This document shows, in pieces, positions 1 through 13,309 of a DNA stretch of 64,000 nucleotides. The DNA is taken from positions 29,762,001 through 29,826,000 of the forward strand of contig CM052817.1 of assembly GCA_028534125.1 (NCBI GenBank), read 5' to 3'. How positions within the stretch are numbered: the first letter of the stretch is position 1; the number at the start of each line of letters is the position of its first letter. The stretch comes from Lama glama (lineage: Eukaryota). The position numbers were made by a program, and so were the translations under genes. Below the pieces are notes generated by a model. It was not told the DNA's origin. It saw only the letters and a program-made list of their open reading frames with translations, and did no database searches.

Positions 1-1599
1 AGTTTGTCAAAATACTATGATTTACTCTTTTAAAATATTTTTGCTTTTTTAAAAAATATTTCTATATTTTAAATTTCTGACTCATGATATAGAAATAGAG
101 AAGGAGAGAGAGAGAGAGGAAAAGAAATATATGATTGCAATAAACATTGAAGATTCTGTAATAAGTGTTAATCCTTCAAGGACCTCAGGCCTAAGGATAT
201 TACACAAGCTTATGGCTATGTAGATTTGGGTTAAGAGAATGGATTTTTAGCAGAATGTTGTTAGGAAAGTTAATTATCCTCAATTTTTAAGTCTCAATTT
301 TTTCAACAACAACAAAAGCTGTTTATTTAACAAAACTCTCTACTTAAAATAATTCTTATAATGACTGGAGTTAAAGTATTCCATGTTATTTTCAAACTTG
401 GTATGCATCAACTTTATTTCAGGAGTTATAAAAATAGGTAGAAAAATACAAATAGGTGGATTAGTGGCATCAACATTTTTGTTTTACTGGATATGTTCCT
501 TTGACTATACATTTGACCTTTCTTCCTTCTTTTCTTCCTTTTTCCCTCCCTCTCTCTCTCTCTCTCTGTCTCTCTCTCTTTTTCCTTATTTAGTGGAATA
601 TGAATTAGTATACCCTGACTTAGGAATCGTTGTTATGACTATCTATGCATGGCTCATAATACGTACTCGGGAAATTGTAGCTCTTGCTATTGCTAATGAT
701 ATAAATGTGACGCTAATGAGAGGAAAACTTACCAGAATGGGGTTGTGAACATTTAATCAGAAAGAGAAAGTACAAAACCAAAATTCTCTTTCACAGTCCT
801 TTACCCTGGATTCTATTGCAAATTAAGGATGGAAAATAAGTTATCTGCTTTTAAATATTATCTACGTAGTTATATTTTACATTCATATACTGCTTTTTCA
901 AAATTCCTTTATCTTTTCCCTGCATCCAGGGTTAGTGAGATCTCTGAACTTTATTTAGATTAAGTAAAAATGAATAGAATGGCCAAGGGATTGTTTAGAT
1001 ATTGACATATTATTAACCACTTCAGAGCTCAATTTGGCCTTGCTCCCAGGAATCCTGCCACCTGCAACAGCAGAGACAGCCAGATACTACAGAATGACAG
1101 CTATCACCTAGCAACTGATTAAAACCATAGTGTGCTAAGGACTGAACTAAAGCTATCTAACCAAGATTAAGAGGGAAAAGAGCCTTGAGTGTTATTTTTC
1201 TTTTAATTCTGTCTAAGATACAGAGTATCTTACTAAAACAGAGCAATCTCTAGACTTTAGGTCCAGCACTGGGCAAAACAAATCAGAAAAATTAATTAAT
1301 AAAAACAAAGATAGTATAGACTCCTAATTCCATTCAGTAAGAACTCTCTACATGTGGATTTTCCTTTAAAAAATAGTATTTAATCACTTATTTATTTCGT
1401 TGCCTTTTTATTTACATACATATTTGAATAAACTCCACTTTGAATACATGCTTTTTTAAAAACTATGCAAGACATGTATGTTGCAAAGCCAGTTTTTTTG
1501 TATGACATTTCTTGTGTCCTACCTCTCATTTGGTTGGCATCACCTATGACCATATTTGATCAGTGGCTGATCATTTTTTTTTTTTTTTGCAGAATTCAG

Positions 1600-1953
1600 T
1601 ATACCTGGTATTACAAGTGTCTAGCCTCAGGATAAAGCTGTCTCTCTTTTATCATAAGTATGCATGCCTAACTGTTGACAGCCCACTGATGCATAGTGAT
1701 CATGCCCCCATAGGCCATGCTTAACCAATGTGGTGGTGAGGACAGGGGCCAAAGAGTAAATGTTCCCCCAAGTCAATTCATTGTTGAGCAATCTTGAAAG
1801 TCATTCTTGCGGCTCCTCCATAGGCCCAGGGAGGAACTGAGCACCAGATGCCCTCACTTGTGGCCTCAGTAATGCACCTGTGCAATGGCTTTCCCTCATC
1901 CAGTTGCTTTTGCAAAGGCAGGTTTGAAGTAGTACAGACAATTCAAGCTGACA
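1600..1953 (+). mobile_element. LTR16-family (ERVL) LTR, decayed
   Basis: Resembles recalled LTR16 consensus (gagcaatcttgaaagtcattct...ccagatgccc...aatgcacc...ggctttcc); ends ...aagctgaca, followed by a PBS-like segment; left boundary approximate. Confidence 0.6.
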
Positions 1954-3400
1954 CTGCTGGCCCTGGAAGTAGTCCCGGAAATAGATCCTAGGAATAGGAC
2001 TCTAGAAATACAACATTTGGTGGGCAGACAGAAACAAGGGCCTCATTTCTGGTGCTAAGTGGTGGTAATGCCTGTGCATGGTAGCATCACAGTTAACTAA
2101 AACTCACACAGGTGGTGTTGATATGAAATTAGGTGCATTATGGAGGATAAAGCTGATAACATTTTGGCCTATAAGGTAACCAAGTCACTTGAATATTATT
2201 TAAAGATGTGTGAAATTAGCTGGTTTTGGTTAAGGACTTCAGAAGTCTTGGAAAAAGAAAATGACAGGCCCAGGTCAATTAAGTATTAACTGAAATCACT
2301 CAGAAGGCCTTTGGGGGTAACTTTGAAAAAAGCCTCTTCTCTTGAAGCTATAGTACAAATTCATGCTGAAAATTAGTCCCGAGATTTCATTCTCTGGCAG
2401 AACTGCAAAGAAGACTTATCTTGCAATGTCAGCAGATTCCCTATGCAAAACCCCAGGTCTTGATAAGAAAGGAGTGGAAATCTGAGCTCTGGGATGGGGA
2501 AACTGGTTCGGATGATTCCCCGTATCTTGAAATCACAGTTTCCTTTGAGCAATATTGACACTAAGAAGAACCCTCTCCTTGTTAGATGATTACAACCTCA
2601 ACTTGTATTGGAACTCAGGAAATACGTCACCTGAGGCAGATGCTTTGCAAGACAATGCAGGTCCTCTTGTTTTCTCTCCTTATTGCTTTGAGACAGTTAA
2701 CAAGAGAGGAAGACTTCAGCCTGTGTTCCAAGAGAAAATAGTAACTACTCTGAAATAATTGCAAGACCTAATATATATGTATATTTAGGCAGGAATTGAA
2801 GGAACATGTATAGGTGTGGATCATGAAGTTTTTGAGCTAGGGTAGGAGTACAGAATACAAAGCTGGTGGAGAATTTATTGATATGGAAGCACTCTCCTGT
2901 GTATTAGAGATTAAATTCCTGCCAAGTATGTCTGGAACTTCTTTTGATACACGACTAGAATGGATTATTTATCCTAGGATACAAACTTTGACTTGAGTTA
3001 ATGAGGTGAGAATGATGGGACTGCCTTGGCAGAGTATTGAGGAAGGATTTATAAATCTTATATGTGGTACTGAATATCTCTCCACCTGAAAATGAACCCT
3101 AGGAGAACCTCTAAGAGAGATCTCAAAGAGAATGGAGGATGTCCTGGCAGGTGGGTCTGCTGACATTGTCAATGACTTTGTCTTGGGCCATCCGCTATAG
3201 GCTGGGATCAAGGGTAGGAAAAGCATCGTTAGACTGGGCTCCATATCTTCCCTGGCGAATGCAGGATTTTGGAATGGCTGAGGCTTGCTGGCAACTAATC
3301 ATCAGGGGTAATATAGATATTATTCTTCTAATGGTCATAGGTAGTAAATGTAAGATAATGAACAGGGAATGGATACTCCATTTATAAATAACAACTGTGT
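1954..3400 (+). mobile_element. ERV-L class internal region (ERV3-16A3-int-like), leader and gag relic
   Basis: Directly follows the LTR; gcatggtagcatcacagttaactaaaactc and gagaatttattgatatggaagcactctcc resemble ERVL gag; many stops and frameshifts; homologous to 11479-13150. Confidence 0.65.
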
Positions 3401-3599
3401 CTATGAAATGAGGAGGATGGGAAGTAGCTATATCTGTAAATTTTTAAATTCTGTTTTAAAAGATCAGATGTAAAAATTTTGAATTGGTGTTATGCGTTTA
3501 ATTACAATGACAGATGCCCAGGTTTAATCTGTGCAACTGACTGTACTTTATGTATGTTTAGAATGTCCTTATTAGATCATTTTAATAAAATATTTGCAT

Positions 3600-3905
3600 T
3601 GGTCAGGCTAGGCTGGAATATTATTCAGTAAAATGCAGCCTAAATATCTTAGAGACTCATTATGGGTCAAAAAGGGGCTGTGTTGAAATAGTTCTTTATG
3701 TATCCGTTTTCACTGAGGCTCTATTTTGACACATGTGTTCATAATCTCAGAGGCAGAGGAAAGAGAATAAAGTGTATCATGATCTTGCTTTATAAACTTC
3801 TACCCAAAAGTGACCCTTTGTGACCTCTGCTTACATTTAATTGCCCAAAGCATGTCACATGACAGCCTTTGAGTTCAATAGGGTGAAAATGTAGAATTCT
3901 ATTAC
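3600..3905 (-). mobile_element. old MaLR LTR (MLT1J/K-like)
   Basis: aagtgaccc...ctgcttacatttaattgcccaaagcatgtcacatgacagcc is typical of antisense MLT1J/K/L. Confidence 0.5.
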
Positions 3906-4236
3906 CAAAGGAAACAGTGACTATCAAAGTGTTGTGTATAGTCATGAAATCTATATATATATATATATGTAGATATGTAGATATATAGATATATTTTACT
4001 TTCAGAGTTAGGCTAAAGTGAAAAAACAAAAGCAAAACAAAATGAAACAAAACAAAAAACCTGAAACGACAGTACTTTTGATTTGTAAATAGCAGATATC
4101 ATTGAACAAAACCCACCAAGAGTTTGGAGGACTGGCAGAGGGCTAAGTAATCACAGAGCAGTGTGATGTGACATAAGTAAGGTGCTGAGAGGACAAGTTT
4201 GTGTGAGGATTAGATAAAGGGCAAAGGCTCTGAAAC

Positions 4237-4428
4237 TACAGGTCTTCACTCATTTTCAAATTTGAAAGTGCTCTGAACACCTCTTGGCATGAATATTTAT
4301 GTATTTCGTTGTGTAAATACCAAGGTACTGGATTAAAAGGTGTTTTTTTATTATTATCCACCAAATCCTGAATTCCAAAACATATTTTTTCCTCCAAAAG
4401 TTTTAGATAAGGTAGTGTAAACCTGCAC
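4237..4428. mobile_element. Tigger-like (Tc1/mariner) non-autonomous DNA transposon relic
   Basis: Begins tacaggtc and ends ttagataaggtagtgtaaacctgca, degenerate terminal inverted repeats of old Tigger type. Confidence 0.35.
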
Positions 4429-5121
4429 TATCAGTGGGTTTCAGAACAACCTCAATGTTTAATAAAATTAAATGTCATACTAAGATCTAAGTTTCTGCAT
4501 TTTATTCACAGATCTATAAACCTAAACATTCTTTGCCTCTCTTAATTCACCTGACATAACCATTCGGAATTCAGTTTTCAATTAGGAATTGATTCTATAT
4601 TGCAGAAAATACCCTAAAATACTTAGCCTCTGCATAATACCGATGAACTGTTTTTATTGTGGATAGTCTGATGGTGGAGAGCGTGTAACCAAAACTTCAG
4701 TTGACTGGCTTCATAGTGACCATGGCCAATAGATTTGTTTTTGTGTTCAGACTTGTGGGGTGTCAGCTCTATCCATGTAAGGGTTTAATGGTCTTTTAAA
4801 GCCTTGGCTCCCTACCGTTTAGTTGCAGTGGCAGAAGAGCTGTGGGAAGTATCCAGCATGACAAAGCTCAACAGGCTGTGAAGGAAAAAAAGACAAATGT
4901 TTTTGAAATGGGAACCAACCAAGGAGAAAGACTTCATCTGCAATGACTTAGATATTTAAGGCCCACTGTACAAGTTTCCCAAAGGAGACATCTCAGTACC
5001 GGGTGTTTATTAGTAAACCCTCTAACATGTTAGTTCAGTTAACAAAAATGTTTCCTAGCCTGATCTAGAGCTAGACTCTGAGGCAGTATCCCTGGAGAGT
5101 TTATTTAAGTAAAGCAAACTG

Positions 5122-5600
5122 GGTTAGTTTGTTATTGTTAATGTAACAAATTACCATACACTTAATGGCTTAAGCAATAACACATTTATTATCTGACAGT
5201 TGTAGATGTCTGAAGTCCAAAATTAGTCTCAGTGGACTAAAGTCAGGATATTGGAATGACTGGTTATAGCTGGAGGCTCTAAATTGTTTCCTGGTCCTTT
5301 TCAACTTCTAGAGGTTGTTCTAGAAGCCTCTAGATGCCAACCTCTAAATACACCTAGAGGCCATGTTTCTTGGCTTGTGGACCCTTCCTTGCATCCCTCT
5401 TATCTCTTGCATCAACATTTGGTGTCCTACTACCACTCTGATTTCCTATTTCTCTTGTATAAGGGCCCTTATGATTATACCAGGCCCACGCAGATAATAG
5501 AGGATAATCTCCCCTTTGTAAGATCTTTAAATTAATTATGTAACAGATTCCAAAGTTTAGGACTTGGATATATTTGAGGAGCTGTTTTTGGCCTACCACC
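5122..5600 (-). mobile_element. MLT1D/E-like MaLR solo LTR
   Basis: taacaaattaccatacacttaatggcttaagcaa...tttattatct...ggaggctct...aagggcccttatgattatacc...gcctaccac matches antisense MLT1D. Confidence 0.75.
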
Positions 5601-5684
5601 CAAAACAATACTGAGATGCCGTATCAGCATACTTTAAAAAAAATTTGTTAATTTAAATATTTCTTTTTACCTTCTTCTCAGATA

Positions 5685-5840
5685 GAGTTGAGTTTAAATG
5701 CAAGTTTTCACACTTACCAGCCATGTGACTAAGGAAAATATAACTGATGCACCTGAATTTCCAAGTCATCATCTAACAATTGGTTATGATTATAGAATCA
5801 TGGGTTGAATCGAAAATTTAAAAGGATAATGTCCTTAGTA
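5685..5840 (+). mobile_element. MIR SINE fragment
   Basis: cacttaccagccatgtgact... MIR core. Confidence 0.55.
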
Positions 5841-6339
5841 TTTTGCATGTTTTCAATGATGTTCTCTGATATTATTGTTGTTATATAAAGCATGGCAGAA
5901 ACAGAGTGATATCCCTAGGGAGTGAACTTTCACAGGTTGAGAACATAGCTTTCCGAAAGATTTTAGAAGGAATATTTTATATTTTGTATGCACTGAACTT
6001 TGTATTTGACAGACAATTCCAGGAGCCACTGGGAAATTCTAGTTTGGGGGAAAATCATTTCTTATTTGTCATTAGTATAGCAGCCCCTCATTCTGAGTTC
6101 CTAACTAGGAACAGTTAATCAGAACAATGAATTAGAAATTAATTTAGAGATTTCACATTTATATATGGACATTCTAGAGTCCATTTTTTCAATGAAGGGA
6201 TCAACAGTGAGACAACAGAAGAGGAAATATATGTTTTATGGACAAATCCTCAAACTTCTTTTCTAATTGTATCTGATCATGAATGGCTTTGGGGTTTTCT
6301 ATATTGTTTGTAATGTTGAAAAGGAGGCACTCAAAACAT

Positions 6340-7790
6340 TTCCATACAAAATTCCAGTTGTAATTGTTAAACAGCTTGATATATGATTATTAAATTTATG
6401 TGGTAGAACAAAGGACTAAGAAAGGCAAGAAACTTCTAGGAAAGAAAAATAATGTAATGATCTTTCCTTAGCAGCCATCAAGACTTATTCTAAAATTACT
6501 GTAATTTAAATTGTGATGGTTGCATGGAAATAGCAACAAATTAACCCATGGCACAGAATGGAGAACCAGAAACAGTTTCATTTCTATGTGAAATTGTTTT
6601 AAAACAGATGTGGCATTGCAGATAACATGAAGAAAGGGAGGGAGGGAGTGAGGGAGGGAGGAAGGAAGGAAGGAAGGAAGAAAGGAAGGAAGCAAGAAAG
6701 GAAGGAAAAGTTCTGGAACAGCTAGGTTATCCGGGGTACATAGAATTAGATTCTTACCACACACTTACAGAACAATCAATTTAAAGTTAAATATTTAACT
6801 GTGAAATGAAAACTGTAAAAATATTTAGACAACTTAGAGAATTACAGTTTTATGGTCTACAGATATGAAAGAATTTATTAAGCAAGGCCCAAGAAGCAAT
6901 CACCATCAAAGGAAAGACTGATAAATGTCATTTATCAATGAAGAATTTGAAGATACTTAGGTTTGTCAAAAGATACTATAAAATAGTTGACATACAAGCT
7001 ACATACAAGCAAATTAGGAAATTATTTCAATACATATAGTCAAAATTGTACTGAACTAAAAATACATAAAAATTCACAAGTATATATAAAATTATCAAAC
7101 CAACAGAAAAAATAAAGACATGAACAGACATTTCTCAAAAATAAAATTTTAATGACTAATCATGTGAAAACATGTCCCATTTCATTAGTAATCAGAAATA
7201 TACAATGAAGACCACACTTAGTGATACTTTACTACTCTTATTTACATGAAAAAGGCATGTAGTACAAAGTGTTGACAAGAATATGGAACCTAAAGAACTC
7301 AGATAAATTTCTGGTGGAACTATTAATTTGTACAATCATTTTGAAATACAACTTAAAATGATATAGTAAAGTTGAAAATATAAATATGTTATGACCTAAC
7401 AGTTTCATTCCCGGTTGTATATATTACTACAACTCTTGAATAATGTGCATTTGGAGAAATGCACATAATTCCTCATAGCATAACAGTAAAAAAACTTGAA
7501 ACAGACTAAGTGCCTTTTTACTGTATAATAGACAAAAACATTATGGTAAACTCACAAAATGGAATGCTGCAATCTGAGAATGAATAAACTACTGCTACAT
7601 TGGGCAACACAGATAAATCTTACAAATATATAAACAAACAAAAATAAGGGTGAGTAAAGATTATTGTTTCTGCAAAGATCAAAACCAAGCAAAACTAATC
7701 ATCATATTGTTAGACATTCTTAAATATGAGCTAAGCTATTTTCAAAATAAAGGAATAATAAAAATTAAAGGTGTGAGGGCAGTGTTGTAA
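6340..7790 (+). mobile_element. old L1 (L1MC/ME-type) ORF2 3' end and 3' UTR, decayed
   Basis: atcaagacttattctaaaattactgtaat, aaagacatgaacagacatttctc, ttcattagtaatcagaaat and tatgacctaacagtttcattcc are L1 3'-region motifs. Confidence 0.8.
6629..6710. repeat. (GGGA)n/(GGAA)n polypurine microsatellite inside the L1
   Basis: Directly visible tandem repeat. Confidence 0.95.
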
Positions 7791-7884
7791 GATCAGAAGA
7801 GTATTATCAGAGAGCAGCAGAGCATTCTCCTCAATGAAATGAGCAATTTGGGCAGAAGTTGCACAAGTATGGAAACTTGTGTTG

Positions 7885-8026
7885 CCCATAGCCACTACCT
7901 GCACCCAGATATTTAAACAGCCACATTTAAATGTTTATTAGCTACATGTGTCTAGTGGTCATTATATTGGACAGAACATTGATGACAGAACATTGTCATC
8001 ATTGCAGAAAGTTGTATTAGACAACA
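7885..8026. mobile_element. MER3-like hAT-Charlie MITE fragment
   Basis: agccacatttaaatg...tagctacatgtgtctagtgg...tattggacag...catcattgcagaaagttgtattagaca matches MER3. Confidence 0.7.
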
Positions 8027-8469
8027 ATGTTTGCTGTAACTTACATGTCCATTAATATATTTTTCTATATCCAGTATTGCACAAATGTTTTAAATATACT
8101 ATCTTTTAGCTTAATAATTCATTTATTTGAATGTACTATGAAAAAATACTCTGAAATACAGATAAATGTTTTTTGCACAAACATGATAATTGCAGTATTA
8201 TTTAATTTTGAGAAAAGAAAAAAAGACCTAAGTATCTAACCAAAGACAATTTTGATTCCTTAAAAATCATTACTTGTAATAAATAAAAAGCTTTTTGAAT
8301 GACTTGAGAGAAGTTTTGAAATAAATGCTAAGTTAAAAGTAAGGATACAGCTATGTAAAAGATAAAACACATTGGGAGAAAAAACAACAACAAAAATTAT
8401 ACAAATAATAGCATGAAAACAAACATCATAAACCTTGTTCCAATTGCTTTATAAAAATTAAATCCTATA

Positions 8470-8610
8470 TTCCTCATATGAGCCCAATTTCATAGTTACT
8501 ATTTATTCCCTTTTTCAGGTAAAGAAGGGAAGCAGATCAGTTATATAACTTGCCTCAAGTCACAAGGTAATGTGTTAGAGATGGGGTGCAAGTTAAGGCA
8601 CTTTGGCTAG
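8470..8610 (-). mobile_element. MIR SINE fragment
   Basis: taacttgcctcaagtcacaagg antisense MIR core. Confidence 0.55.
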
Positions 8611-9479
8611 CAACTTCAGAAGGTTAAAACTGATACTAAGATTTATTGTGATTTTACTTTACTTTCTACTTTGCCATTGTGTGTGTGTGTATGTGTGTGG
8701 ATGCGTGTGTAGTTTATGTAATCTACACAAATAATTTAGAAGTCTAGTAAGATTACAGAATAGTTGTAGTGTAGCAACTGAAGTGGAGACAATGGCCATA
8801 TTAGAGGGACAATAAAGCACTGAGAATCCCGATGTAGAATTCAAGGCAATAAAACAACGTCAGACAAACCCGGAGCCTGTGAGGGCAGCCTAGCAGGGAG
8901 GTTAATGATGGGAGATTGGTTTCGGTCTATCAGGCAAGCAATCCAAGCTGATAGAAAGACAAGGCACATTTTAAAGATACAGACATCGTTAAGTTATGAA
9001 TCAGTGGCTGAAATGACAAATTTCACATATGTTACATACGGAACCTTTGTTATGTCTTTGTACCAACAAGTGTGCATAACAGAATAACTGCAACAACAAC
9101 AAAAATGACAATAAGAATTCTTTTAAGTGAAATAAGAATGTTGGAGTAAAGTAGCCATGATTTGTCACTGGAGATATTTCTCTTGCTCTTCCAATTGCTG
9201 CTGTTTAACTGAAATATTACAGAATTCTGTTCTTACTAAAGAAGAAAAATGTATATTAGAGAACTAGGAAATTTTAATTTCAAACCTAAACAAAATAATT
9301 TAATAATTACCTGTAATGTATAATTCACATACGTTTATTATTTTTTTGTTTCCCTTTTTAAGATTTTTTGTGAGTGCATATACATTTTCAAATGCTTCTT
9401 TTTACCTTCGAGTTCAAGAACCTGTGTTTTATCCTTTCTACACGGTTACAGTTAGTCACTCTGTATTCTGTTTTCTCTT

Positions 9480-11100
9480 TGAATTTTTATGGAAACAATA
9501 TACTACTGAAAAGTGCAAAAATCATGTCAGCATAATTACAGTTCATAAATGGTGCATGCTATGTGACTACAAACCTGAGCAAAACAAAAAAAAATCAGCA
9601 TGTAAGGGACTCTCTCTCAGATACTACTCACCCTTCACTTATAGGTACTAACTATCATATATTCATCATGTATATATTTTAAATTTATATGAATAGAATC
9701 ATGTAGTATATACATTTTTGTGTCTGGCTAATTTTGTTTAATATACTGCTTGTTAACAATCAATCATATTCTTGCATATAATATCAGTTCATTTATTCTG
9801 ATTTCTTTATAGAATTATATAGCGTGAATACACAACCATTTATCTATTCTAGCTTTGATGGTTATTTGGGTAGTATCCAATTTTTTACTATTACAAGGAA
9901 CACTGTTATGAAAATTTATGAACATGATTCTGGAGATCAGTTGTATGCATTTTGTTGAATATAATCCTTGGAGTAGAATTCCATATTCATAGGATATGCA
10001 TATGTTTAGCTTCAGTAAATACTGACAGATCCAGGTATCCAAAGGAATGATAATGGTTTGAATTCCTACCAGTAGTGAATGATAGTTGCAAATGGTCCAC
10101 ATTTTGCCAACTTGTGGTATTGCTTTGTGTTTTATGTTGCATTTTCCTAAACCCAATAAAGTTGAACACTTTTCAATATATTTATCACTCACTTGGATAT
10201 TCTTGTTTAAAGAAATGCTTAATTAAGAGTTTTTCTTTTGCTTTTTCAATTAGATTTTTCAGTCTTTTTGATATTGTTTAGTAGCTATTTTATTTATATG
10301 TTGGATATGTGTTCTTCATCAGCTGTATTAATATAGACATCTTCTACTTTGTATTGTTTTTTCACTGTCCTTGTGTTATCCTTTTATAAATATGAGTTCT
10401 TACTATAACTATAGTCTAATTTTAAAAAAATATCTTGTCTTCTTCATGGTCAATAATTTGCCCTCATGAGTTTCTTCTAAAATTTTCCTGTTCCTCTATT
10501 CAAATTTAGATTTGAAATTCATCTGGAAGAAATTTTCTCTTATAATACAAGTCTTATTGATCACAATACTCTTGGCTTTTATTCATTTGAAAATGTCTTT
10601 GTTTCACTTTCATTGTAAAAGACCATCTTTACTGGCTATAAACTTCTAGGTTTGCAGTTATATTCTCTCAGCAATTTTATAATGCATTCCATGCTTTACG
10701 GCTTTCATAGTTTTTGGTGAAAAAAAATTATCCCTTACTCTTCTTATTTCTCCTCCCAGAATATATTGTCTTTTTCTCTGGCTACTTTTAAGATTTTCAC
10801 TTTGCCCTTATTCTTCAGTAGTTCACCTAGAATATAGCCAGATATGGTTTTCTTTGTATTAATTACGCATAAGCTTTGCTGAGCTTCCTGAATTTGTGAT
10901 TTGGCGTCTTTTTTATGTTTTGAAAATTCTCAGACATTACAAGTTCAAATATTGCTTTTACCCGAATCTCTCCTTTGCTTATGTAACTCTGGTTACCTGT
11001 TACATTGTCAGTGTGCCCTAATTTCTTCTCATGCACCCATTTTATTTTTCTTTCTTATCTATTTCTGTGCTTCAATTTAGTATTTCCTATTAATGTGATT
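9480..11100 (-). mobile_element. old L1 (L1ME-type) fragments: 3' UTR and ORF2 end joined to ORF1-region sequence
   Basis: aatagaatcatgtagtatatacatttttgtgtctggct and tttactggctataaacttctaggtt are antisense L1 motifs; the junction near 10560 skips most of ORF2. Confidence 0.75.
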
Positions 11101-11179
11101 TCCAAGGTACTAAATTGTATTTTATTGTGACTAATCTGTGTAATGGACACAAAAATACCAACTTATCCTTCAAGCAATG

Positions 11180-11478
11180 ACTTGTTGCCCCATATGTCAA
11201 CAGACAGCTTACTATCAGTGCCCTTTGGCTTGACTCAGCTGCAAAGCTCTGCCATGCCCAAGAGAACACTCCTCTTGGGGCAGCATACAATCAGTGTCTG
11301 ATGCGGGAGGTATAATGGCCCAGGCCATATTTTTCTGGGCCTGCATGGGCAAGTTGCTTTCTCACCATTCACAATCCTGCTTTTACCCCTCCATTTTACA
11401 TGTGTGGATACCTAATAAATATTTGGTGTGCAAATGACTATCTCAGCATCTCCTTCTTGAGAAATCAATCTATGACCA
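11180..11478 (+). mobile_element. LTR16A-like ERVL LTR
   Basis: caatcctgcttttacccc...cctaataaatatttgg...tatctcagcatctccttcttgagaaatcaatctatgacca matches the LTR16A 3' end, with AATAAA. Confidence 0.7.
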
Positions 11479-13150
11479 GTGATACTGGGAGTGTTCAGAG
11501 AAAGCAGGTTATTAAGATGGGTTGGAGATGGATTGCTTGCTGTCAACCTGGCAATGAGGATTCCATTGATGGTAGTAGATGGAACATGGGAAGCCCCTGG
11601 AATAATAAAGCAGCCCCATTGTTAAAAACCACTCGTGGTGAATCAGGATGGCATACTCAATAGTAGAGAATACATTAGTTGTTGTAACTTACTGGGAGTT
11701 TGAAAAATACAGGGTGAATAATAATTATACAGATGGTGATCTTGGATGGATATTTCTAAACATTAATACTCTGGAAAAGATAATAAAATGGTAAGGAAAC
11801 TAATAGATTATTGAGAGCTGAGTGTAAAAGCCAGAGGAACTTTCTAGCAAGTTGAAAAGAGGCTCTCATTTCTTACAATGGAGGAGGAAGAACTGAAGAC
11901 TTATCCCAGGACTTAATAGAGTGATGGGATATGACAGAAGGTTAAACAAGATGGTCTCTCTCTATGGATCAAGGCTCAGTTTTGGAAGGAAAAAAAGTGA
12001 GGCAGGTGGGATGGGACATCTGGTGAATTTTATGGAATATTGTAATTCTCCCAGATCTCTTTTAATTTGATCCTGCTGAAGTGGCCCACTTCTTCCTATT
12101 AGAAGCGAGCACTGCCAGTTTTCTTGAAGACAGTGCAGAGACCTCTCACCTGCACGGTAACTTGTGATTTTCTCAGGATATGTCCATCACTCCCCTTCCA
12201 GAAACTAAACTAACCTATAAATAGGGTTAATTCACAGCATAACTCAGCCAAGCTCATGCTGAACTTAATAAGAGGGAAAAAGAGATTACACCTCAAATGA
12301 GCTGAGGATTCGGCTAGAATATGGTCTAAGGAACTGGGAAGGTCCTTAGTGTGTGAATAGATTCCAAAGGTTCCTGAACAAAGGAATAGAACCTAAGTTT
12401 GGATAAGGAAGAATTTATTGGTTTGGAAACACTTAATTAAGATATGTTTTAACACCATGGTAAGGACCTCAGAAGATGGTCCAAACCAGCTACTGAAATG
12501 GCTGGATCATAGAACCTAAAAAGAGAGATGACTCTGTTGAGCAAAAATGAAATGCCAGCACTGCTGTGGCAGACAGTGGACAAAGAGATCAAAGGCTCTG
12601 GGAAGTAGGCACACTGGAGTATATATACAATATAGGCCAAAACACCCAATAGATTGTGTTCCTTACTGGATTAGTAAGGCTCGGAGGCTACACTTTACCA
12701 AGGCCATAAATTATGTGCTGGTGAGAGGAGTATCAACATTTACTAAAACACTCAGTGATGAGTGACTGTTTTGAGGTCAGAGCTGAAGGAAAGATAAGCT
12801 GTTACATGACTAAGGTTACTGTCAGTAAGAGTAGTGACAGAGATGATAGGACCCTGAAAAACAGAGAACAGGTGGTGGTACCCAACTGCCTAGAACCAAT
12901 ATTCATGACTTACAGGATCAGATGGCATCTGAGGGAAACTGACCCACAGAGATGGTTAATACAAGGTAGTATCACAAAGGCCAGCCAATAAGGGTAGTGC
13001 TCAGCTTTTACCATCCAAGAATATCAAGGATAAAGGACTAAGGGCAGTTGTCCCCAGTTAGAAAGTCATATCCCTTGCCCATGTCCAGATCTGAGTCAGT
13101 TTTCAGTCTGGAAAATCCATATGCTAAAGAAGAAACTGGGATTTCCAGTA
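11479..13150 (+). mobile_element. ERV-L class internal region (ERV3-16A3-int-like), gag relic
   Basis: PBS-like gtgatactgggagtg after the LTR; ORF 12547-12765 residues FTKAINYVLVRG resemble ERVL Gag; disrupted. Confidence 0.7.
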
Positions 13151-13164
13151 AGCATAGTGGACAA

Positions 13165-13265
13165 CTTTTTACATGACTGTATGCAATGATCAAAACTCAT
13201 AGATCACTGTGCCTGAAATGGGTGCATTGTATTGTGTATAAATTATATCACAATGCAACTTAAGA
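13165..13265 (+). mobile_element. L1MC/MD-type 3' terminal fragment
   Basis: tcaaaactcatagatcactgtgcctgaaatgggtgcattgtattgtgtataaattata. Confidence 0.6.
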
Positions 13266-13309
13266 ACACAGAAAATAATTCAAAGTATGCCCTACCCTCC
13301 TCCTACCAT

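Noticed and set aside
383..748. 121-aa hydrophobic ORF
   Set aside because: Runs through a (TC)n tract (SLSLSL) and T-rich DNA; no recognisable protein
733..812. Minus-strand acceptor/donor pair (80 bp, CTG|gtaagt)
   Set aside because: Stops in all three frames and no partner exons; at most a non-coding exon
6636..6661. GGGA run as a possible G-quadruplex or H-DNA element
   Set aside because: Ordinary polypurine microsatellite within an L1; no sign of function
9316..10281. Several 60-125 aa ORFs
   Set aside because: Mostly within a decayed L1; chance or L1 relic frames
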